Shown: piece by piece, positions 57,721-64,000 of the stretch
Layout: each line of letters opens with the position of its first letter
Position numbering within the stretch: position 1 is the first letter of the stretch
DNA from: Leptolyngbyaceae cyanobacterium
GTDB taxonomy: Bacteria; Cyanobacteriota; Cyanobacteriia; Phormidesmidales; Phormidesmidaceae
Assembly: GCA_965263355.1 (NCBI GenBank)
Contig: CBDHHL010000056.1
Location: forward strand, 1,504,001-1,568,000
Direction of reading: 5' to 3'
Length of the DNA: 64,000 nt
Position numbers and translations under genes: made by a program
Notes under the pieces: generated by a model
Database searches by the model: none
Seen by the model: only the letters and a program-made list of their open reading frames with translations
Told to the model about the DNA's origin: nothing

Positions 57721-57785
57721 AATCAAATTCTGCAATATTTTTTAATGTTGCAATCCTGTAGAGAATCGTCTGTCAGTGTTCCAAG

Positions 57786-58640
57786 ATGACTACAACAACC
57801 CAAGTGCCTCAGCTAGAGAATACATTTTGCGGTGCCCATGGGCTATCGCTGTTTTATCAGGCGTGGTATCCCCCTGGGACGGCTAAAGCTGTATTAGCCC
57901 TGGTCCATGGGTTTGGTGAACATTGCGATCGCTATTCTACCGTCATCACGGCTCTCACCCAGGCAGGCTATGTCATCTTTGGGTTTGACAACCAGGGCCA
58001 TGGTCGTTCCGAAGGGCAGCGGGGGCACATTAACCGCTGGCAAGATTATCGCGATAATGTCAGCGCTTTTTTTACCCAGGTACGACACCATGAGCCCAAG
58101 CTTCCCTTATTTGTTCTGGGACACAGCCTGGGCGGTCTAATTGTTTTAGACTTTGCGCTCAACTCACCTGAAGGATTAACAGGGATTGTCATCAGCGGTC
58201 CGCCCATTCGTCCTGTGGGCATCGCTAAGCCGTATTTAGTGGCCATCGCCCGCGTTTTATCAGGGATCTGGCCTCGGTTTTCTATGGAAGTAGGTGCTGG
58301 GGCGGCAGCTTTATCTCGCGATCCTGTTGTGCGTCAACAAATTGAAAATGATCCACTAAAGCATTCGATGGCAACAGTCCGGTGGGGAACAGAATGTTTG
58401 GTTGCGATCGCCACCGTCCGCCGCCAGATCGAGCAGCTGCAAGTACCTATCTTGCTAGTTCACGGCAGTGCTGACAAAGTGAATGATGTGAAAGGCAGCG
58501 AAGAGATCTTTGAGCGCATCACTACGGATAAAACTCTTAAAATCTACCCTGGCAGTTACCACGAACCCCATAATGATTTGGACCGTAATCAGGTCATGCA
58601 CGATGTTGTGAAATGGTTAAACAATCATTTAGCCATGTAG
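57786..58640 (+). CDS. Alpha/beta hydrolase, lysophospholipase / monoacylglycerol lipase family
   Basis: VHGFGEH, D.QGHGRS.G, GHSLGG, HG..D, YHEPHND. Confidence 0.92.
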   Translation: MTTTTQVPQLENTFCGAHGLSLFYQAWYPPGTAKAVLALVHGFGEHCDRYSTVITALTQAGYVIFGFDNQGHGRSEGQRGHINRWQDYRDNVSAFFTQVRHHEPKLPLFVLGHSLGGLIVLDFALNSPEGLTGIVISGPPIRPVGIAKPYLVAIARVLSGIWPRFSMEVGAGAAALSRDPVVRQQIENDPLKHSMATVRWGTECLVAIATVRRQIEQLQVPILLVHGSADKVNDVKGSEEIFERITTDKTLKIYPGSYHEPHNDLDRNQVMHDVVKWLNNHLAM

Positions 58641-58765
58641 TTAATAGCGGTCATGTCGGGGTTCATGGATTCAACCTGGTTTCCAACATGCACATGCAAA
58701 ACCCAATAAACCCATTATTTTTGAGATCTTGACCGTTGATCGGTGACTTGTGTTAAATATCGGCC

Positions 58766-59080
58766 TTATCCAGGTTTATTTACACGGATTAACTGATCAT
58801 CAAGGCTATCAAACTTGCCAACAGCCTCATGGATACGATTAGCCTGACGCTGCCAGTTATCATCTCTGGAACAAACAACAATACCTGCATGTTGCCCAGT
58901 AGAACGATGGAGCTTGATAAAATCCTTACGATTCATAGTTAACACAGTTCGGTTCTCTGATGCAGCAAAAGCCAACATCTGATCATCTGACAACCCACGA
59001 TTGTCAGCTTTCTGAACTGTCAAGACATCATAATCAAGATTACGAAGGAACTCAACGATCCGGCGAGGAAATTGCTCGTT
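58766..59080 (-). pseudogene. DUF5615 PIN-like (VapC45-type) toxin lacking its first codons
   Basis: Frame extends upstream as NEQFPRRIVEFLRNLDYDVLTV, directly preceded by in-frame TGA; D..ML.FA....RTVLT.NRKDF..H.GIV. Confidence 0.75.
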
Positions 59081-59128
59081 TCAACGTTAAGCCCAGGCCT
59101 TCGTTAAATTAGCAATACAGGTAAATCT

Positions 59129-59378
59129 TCAAATTGTTTCTGGGTCCACCCCTAATGCCCTGAGTTTCTCAGCTAATCGTTGCGATCTCGCCTGTTCTTC
59201 CAACAACACCTGTTCAGCTGTCGCCATCTGTTCCTCTGTCGTTAAAATCCATTACGTCTGGCAAACCAGGTTCCTCAGGATTTTCACTTGGCAAATCATA
59301 CATCGTAGGCAACGTTTCCCACGGTGGTCGGGGTGGATCAGTTTGCTCAGTTGGGTATTTGAGAATGTGTCTGGACAT
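59129..59378 (-). pseudogene. Uma2-family endonuclease with a large internal deletion
   Basis: N-terminus MSRHILKYPTEQTDPPRPPWETLPTMYDLPSENPEEPGLPD joined out of frame to C-terminus WILTTEEQ...RSQRLAEKLRALGVDPETI*. Confidence 0.8.
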
Positions 59379-59597
59379 CAGCGTTATTGAGCAACAGTCA
59401 CAGTTTTGTAAAATAGAAAACCGATAGTAGTTAAATTCTATCTAACTAAGCACATAATGCAGGCGTCAGGTCTAGCCTGTAAACAGACCTTCTAAATTAA
59501 TGCTGTAGATGCAGATTTGCGATCGCACCATAGCAAAATCAACTGTAGCCATCAGCCAGCCCATCTTGTCTCTTGAGTGGACAGCCCTCAATTCATG

Positions 59598-59619
59598 TTG
59601 AGTACGATAGGATACTCAA
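59598..59619. promoter_or_regulatory. Palindrome containing an NtcA-like GTA-N8-TAC
   Basis: TTGAGTA-cgatagga-TACTCAA, ~30 bp upstream of the ATG at 59647. Confidence 0.4.
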
Positions 59620-59646
59620 ACAAATCTTCAGGGAGAACTACTATTT

Positions 59647-60717
59647 ATGGCCGATAGCTTTTTACTAAGTCGAGTCCTACTGCAGTTTGGCGAGAACTCA
59701 GAGGACGTCATCGCTGATCTATCTGCGGCAACGATGACCCCCGATGGCAGCCTTTGGCTTGGGTCAGATGAATGTAATGCCGTTGAACGACTACAGCCAT
59801 TAGAAAACTACGTCTATGGCAATCATCAAGCGTTTCCCATAGGAGACTTTGTCGAGTTATTTGACGAAGACTCAGAAATCGACATTGAAGCCCTAGCCTA
59901 TTCAGAAGGGTACCTCTGGGTGATCGGCTCCCATAGCAGCAAACGTAAAAATGCTAAAGGCAAGAATATCCAAAAAGATATCCAACGGTTGGCAACCATC
60001 AAGCATGATACCAATCGATACCTGCTGGCCCGTATTCCGGTGATCAATGGAAAACTAGTCAAATCCTGTAAGCTATCTGACGGCACTCAGCTGACGGCAG
60101 CCACCCTGCAGAAAACCACAGAAAACAATATTTTGATTCAAGCATTAAAAGAAGATGAGCACATTGGTCCTTTTTTAAGCATAGATTTGCCCTCCAAAGA
60201 TAATGGTTTAGATATTGAGGGCATGGCTGTGGCTGGTCACAAAATCTTTTTAGGGCTGAGGGGGCCAGTATTAAGGGGCTGGGCAGTTCTTTTAGAAATC
60301 GAATTAGAAAAAAATGAAACAGATGTGCTCTCTCTTAAAACCTTAGAAGATGGAAAACTCTATCGGAAGCACTTTTTGAACCTGGATGGGTTAGGGATAA
60401 GAGATTTATATCTACATAACGAGGACTTACTGATCTTAGCAGGTCCCACCATGACCCTTTCGGGAGAACAACAGATCTTTCGATTAAAGGATGTGCTGGA
60501 GCACAATGATGACCGTATTTGGTATGGGGAAGCAGACGATCTCGACGCCTTATTTGATATTCCCCTCACCATGGGTTGTGATTTTGCTGAAGGAATGACA
60601 CTCTTCCCCTGTTTAGGATGTAAAGATAGCCTCTTGGTGGTATATGACTGCCCTGCTGAAAACCGTCTGGTGGGAGAGGATGCTGTTCTTGCTGATGTTT
60701 TTCGGTTACCGACTTAG
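59647..60717 (+). CDS. DUF3616 domain protein
   Basis: LWLGSDE, EIDIEAL, WVIGSHS.KR, SKDNGLDIEG, LGLRGPVLRGWA, GLGIRDL, LAGPTM. Confidence 0.85.
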   Translation: MADSFLLSRVLLQFGENSEDVIADLSAATMTPDGSLWLGSDECNAVERLQPLENYVYGNHQAFPIGDFVELFDEDSEIDIEALAYSEGYLWVIGSHSSKRKNAKGKNIQKDIQRLATIKHDTNRYLLARIPVINGKLVKSCKLSDGTQLTAATLQKTTENNILIQALKEDEHIGPFLSIDLPSKDNGLDIEGMAVAGHKIFLGLRGPVLRGWAVLLEIELEKNETDVLSLKTLEDGKLYRKHFLNLDGLGIRDLYLHNEDLLILAGPTMTLSGEQQIFRLKDVLEHNDDRIWYGEADDLDALFDIPLTMGCDFAEGMTLFPCLGCKDSLLVVYDCPAENRLVGEDAVLADVFRLPT

Positions 60718-60820
60718 GTTAATACCGTACAACGTTGGGGAGGTTGTTATGGTACACCCAACCTCCCTGAATCAACCCATATAAAAAAGATTCCTAAAAA
60801 TCCCTAAAGTTTGCACATCT

Positions 60821-60848
60821 ATTAGGAGACAGAAATTAGGAGACAGAA
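60821..60848. repeat. Perfect 14-bp tandem duplication copying the GMC gene stop region
   Basis: ATTAGGAGACAGAA x2. Confidence 0.85.
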
Positions 60849-62599
60849 ACCGCCGGAACTGGCTCAGACATCATGTCTTGGCTCAAGCTAACCTTACTAG
60901 CCCCGCTAAAGATATCGGCAACACGCATGGCATCCGCAACAGCTGTGAGGGTTGGATTAGCATACCCAACACTGTTAGGGAACACAGAAGTGCCAATCAG
61001 GGTAAGGTTTTCTACACCATAAACACGGTTTTCTGCATTCACCACACCATCGGTTGGATCCATACTCTGACGGGTCCCCCCCATATGGTGAAAGCCACTG
61101 CCTGCCCGAGGAATTTCCCCTTGACCCAGCTCACGCATCGTCACAAATGAACCGATACCAGCTTGCTTGAACTGATCAGCGACAAAATCTGCAGCATGGT
61201 TGATGGACTCAGTCTCTTTGCAACTCCAGGACCACTGCAAAACGGGTAACTGACGACCTAAGCGATCGCACTTTTTTCCCAGACGAATCCGATTATCCGG
61301 TGACGGACGCTGCTCGAACATAGCCTCAACTGACACAGACCCAAAGCTGTGATAGCGTGTCTCCGGGTCGCTCCAGCCTCCCTTACCGGTATTATGCACC
61401 GGATTACTCCAGGCTTCATACACCAGATTGGCAGCCCGAAAAGGCCTAACTGCCAGCTGCGGCAAGAACGAGATAAAGCCCTTATGATCTCGCCGTTTTA
61501 ACCGATCCCACGCCTGAGCAACCGCCACACCAGTCTTGGTGCAGTCACCCACCGGGCGTCCCACTAAGTCAATCGAGAATCTGAGCAGCCCAAGTTCCCG
61601 TGCAACCACAGGATTAATTTCGTGGCCGCGCATCACAGGCGTTCCCTGCACTGATTGAAAGTCATACCAGGCAGTCGCCTTAAGCAACGCATCAGGATCT
61701 GGATTAGTTAAATAGCCAAGGCGCGTATGGGGATGATCCACAAACCAACGACCAAACACATCATAGGGATCAGAGATCGCACCATCCTGTTTAGCCAGCA
61801 GCAATTGGCGAGCATTTTCAATCCCACCCAATGCTAAAACATAGTGTTTAGCCTCAATACGAACTTCTGCACCATCTGGACGGCACATGATTAGGCCCAT
61901 CACTTTTTCTTGACGACTCGTTTCGAGCCGCACCAGGTGTAGATCTGAGCAAACAGTAATAGCTGGATGAGCGCTTACGTCAGCGACCCGTTGCTGACGA
62001 ATCGCATTGGCACGAGCAAAGTGAAAAAGCTTAGTGGGTAATGTCGCTTCAGACAGAGGAACGGGCTCAAATAAATCTTGATAAGCATTGATTTCAAAGC
62101 TATGCTCAGCCAGATCAAAGAAGTCAAGCGCATCTCTGTAGCGATCGTAAACCGCAATGCCTGGAGCAGCCCATGCAGGAATATCAAACTCAGGGCGAGC
62201 CTCAAAATCAGCCAGTGCCCCGGCCACAATACGGACTCGACCTTCGGCGGCTGGTCGCCATTCCACCCCCCAGCGACAGGAATTACCACCGGACCCAAGG
62301 TAGCGCGAATAGGTCATATAGTCCCGTCTGGAATACAGCGTACCCTCTGCAACTAACGTGGCATCCGTGCGGTCCTCAGCACTAGCCGCACTGGCTACCG
62401 TGCCACAAAAGAACTCGTGCCCCTGATCTCGCGACGCAAAATTACCACTATCTATCAATGTCACGGGTTGTCCGGCATTTGCTAACCGTAAGGCAAACGC
62501 CAAACCAACAGGGCCGCTACCCACAACACAGACTGAATCTGTATCAACGGTTCCGGCAGCTCTTGCAAAAGAATTTGCATCGAGTTCTTTTTTATTCAT
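60836..62599 (-). CDS. GMC-family FAD oxidoreductase
   Basis: VVGSGPVG, LGG.ENARQLL, GRWFVDHP, EQRP.PDNRI.L, HHMGGTR, ANPTLT. Confidence 0.9.
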   Translation of the reverse strand: MNKKELDANSFARAAGTVDTDSVCVVGSGPVGLAFALRLANAGQPVTLIDSGNFASRDQGHEFFCGTVASAASAEDRTDATLVAEGTLYSRRDYMTYSRYLGSGGNSCRWGVEWRPAAEGRVRIVAGALADFEARPEFDIPAWAAPGIAVYDRYRDALDFFDLAEHSFEINAYQDLFEPVPLSEATLPTKLFHFARANAIRQQRVADVSAHPAITVCSDLHLVRLETSRQEKVMGLIMCRPDGAEVRIEAKHYVLALGGIENARQLLLAKQDGAISDPYDVFGRWFVDHPHTRLGYLTNPDPDALLKATAWYDFQSVQGTPVMRGHEINPVVARELGLLRFSIDLVGRPVGDCTKTGVAVAQAWDRLKRRDHKGFISFLPQLAVRPFRAANLVYEAWSNPVHNTGKGGWSDPETRYHSFGSVSVEAMFEQRPSPDNRIRLGKKCDRLGRQLPVLQWSWSCKETESINHAADFVADQFKQAGIGSFVTMRELGQGEIPRAGSGFHHMGGTRQSMDPTDGVVNAENRVYGVENLTLIGTSVFPNSVGYANPTLTAVADAMRVADIFSGASKVSLSQDMMSEPVPAVSVS

Positions 62600-63254
62600 G
62601 ACGAAATATTAATCAGAGGGAACATTGCTCAAGAAGATAATTCTGAGAAAAGATACTACGTTGGCTCAGTATCTATCTCTAGAAATTCCATTGGACGGTT
62701 TAAGCGTCACGTGTTTTTCGCCAACAAAAACCGTGCTTTTCATAGCAAGAAAGCCATAGGCTAACAGCACTACAAAAAACAATCCTTTGGATTGCCGAGT
62801 ATCTCTTAAAGCTTTGATCTAGAGGTTTTCTCCCAGACCATCGAGGCTAATAATAACAGCTAAAACTTGTGATTCATTCGTGCTTCTACGGACTCTTTAC
62901 CAATGCTTTATTATTCCTTTGCACAATTTCCCCTAACAAACAAAGGAGAGAGATAGAACAAAAAGTTCCCGTTTTACCAGGGTTCACTATAAATTCTTCA
63001 CAGACTTTTATTGCTCTTTATTTAGAAAATACCGTTTGTGGAGTGTGGGCGCGATCGCTAAAAGCCCAGTGTCAACCAGGATTTTCCGATATTGGCTCAT
63101 GGTTGACGCTGATGATGTGTTTGAATCCGTTCTGCAAGGATGGATCACCGTGTATCACGATCCGATAAACCACTTTGCGCAATAGCGATTTAGCCACGGT
63201 CTTACAAATATTGCAACAAGTCCTCAACAGCCCAAAGCACCAGGCATTTACCCC

Positions 63255-63551
63255 GTAGGTTGGGTTGAGCCCACCCCCCACGCACCCCACCCACATTCTC
63301 AAACAAAACCCAACATTCCAATACCCCCCGCCATTTGGGACACGTCGTTTATAAAATGCGTTCCATACCCCAACACGCCGAGCATCATGCAATTTCTGAA
63401 TAATGTTATTGAATAAATGCATGCAATATCCAACGTGCCAACCGTAAGAATTGCATGGGGAGCGTCTCGGTTGGGGTGCTCGGTGGGGGTGCTGGGTTGC
63501 AAAGATTTTGATGATGAGGCGAAGGGATTGGTGGGGATGAACCTAGCCTAG
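63255..63551. repeat. Inverted pair of long GTAG-type REP-like elements (family 2; REPIN-like arrangement)
   Basis: + strand GTAGGTTGGGTTGAG-N~36-AAACCCAACA (63255-63315); - strand cTAGGCTAGGTTCA-N~37-GCAACCCAGCA (63490-63551). Confidence 0.55.
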
Positions 63552-63845
63552 GGGGCTCTATGTGTTTTTAGGAAATGATCTGGTTGGGGTAATGGGGGCG
63601 ATGTCCTACATTTTGTTGTGGGGGGATATTGTGTGAGGTGTATGAGTGGTCTTGGTGGAGAAGTATTGAATGAAGCAGGTGGTGGTGTGTTAGGAGGTTT
63701 GAGTAAAGACTCTGAGTGTGGATAGATTCAACTGTCGGAGCGCTGTGTAGCAGACTATCGATGTCGCCTTTGTCACACAGCGAATACACTGTGTAGCAAA
63801 AAGTACCCAATAGGGTACTAGCGCAATAAATACCTGAGAAAGCAT

Positions 63846-63915
63846 CATATAACCATGGAATCGTCACTAAGAGTCGTTTTCATATAACCATGGAATCGTC
63901 ACTAAGAGTCGTTTT
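63846..63915. repeat. Perfect 35-bp tandem duplication
   Basis: CATATAACCATGGAATCGTCACTAAGAGTCGTTTT x2 with no spacer. Confidence 0.92.
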
Positions 63916-64000
63916 AAGGATGTAAAACTCTAGAGTTTGCTTTGTAAACTCTGAAAACACTCTTTTTTAACTTCTCAGACAGATCATATTTACCTTAACT

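Larger units (their letters stand above)
1..64000. repeat. HIP1 octamer GCGATCGC dispersed throughout the window
   Basis: About 25-30 copies by eye (e.g. near 1055, 7761, 15724, 26999, 39260, 51586, 63051) versus roughly one expected by chance. Confidence 0.9.

Noticed and set aside
58644..58740. ATAGCGGTCA...TGACCGTTGAT as an IS630-type MITE
   Set aside because: Ends are short and imperfect and no second copy was found in the window
63846..63915. 35-bp repeat as a CRISPR array
   Set aside because: Two copies directly abut with no spacer, no cas genes in the window

Overview
Cyanobacterial chromosomal segment. Evidence: roughly 25-30 HIP1 octamers GCGATCGC counted by eye, plus pcyA, ho1 and an InrS-type repressor; the gene content fits a filamentous Leptolyngbya/Leptothoe-like strain. 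About 45 intact genes are present. Core genes include an RlhA-like U32 protein, FHA-PBP1A, lspA, bioY, hemB, ho1, ftsI, gmk, pcyA and ilvD. Accessory genes include a non-canonical phosphoribulokinase, an adenylate cyclase, a 9-gene glycosyltransferase/ABC-exporter/phosphatase/epimerase operon opposite a ManS/ManR-like two-component system, a coupled P-loop ATPase + TPR-STAND-WD40 pair, a secreted GH3, and a PlsY::PEP-dikinase-like fusion followed by a lipase. Several structures are not in the ORF track: (i) a ~400-bp tandem duplication with two paralogous ~75-nt sRNA genes (PsrR1-like) that have conserved promoters; (ii) a 73-bp inverted-repeat MITE-like element in 4 copies; (iii) two families of GTAG-type REP-like palindromes, one copy in-frame inside a protein and one supplying the lspA stop codon; (iv) a DnaA-box-like cluster; (v) many decayed genes (internally deleted ugd and Uma2, truncated AbiJ-like and PIN-toxin genes, a response regulator frameshifted by a 31-bp templated duplication) and several micro-duplications. 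No tRNA, rRNA, CRISPR array or intact transposase was seen. All family assignments are from recognition of motifs, not database searches.
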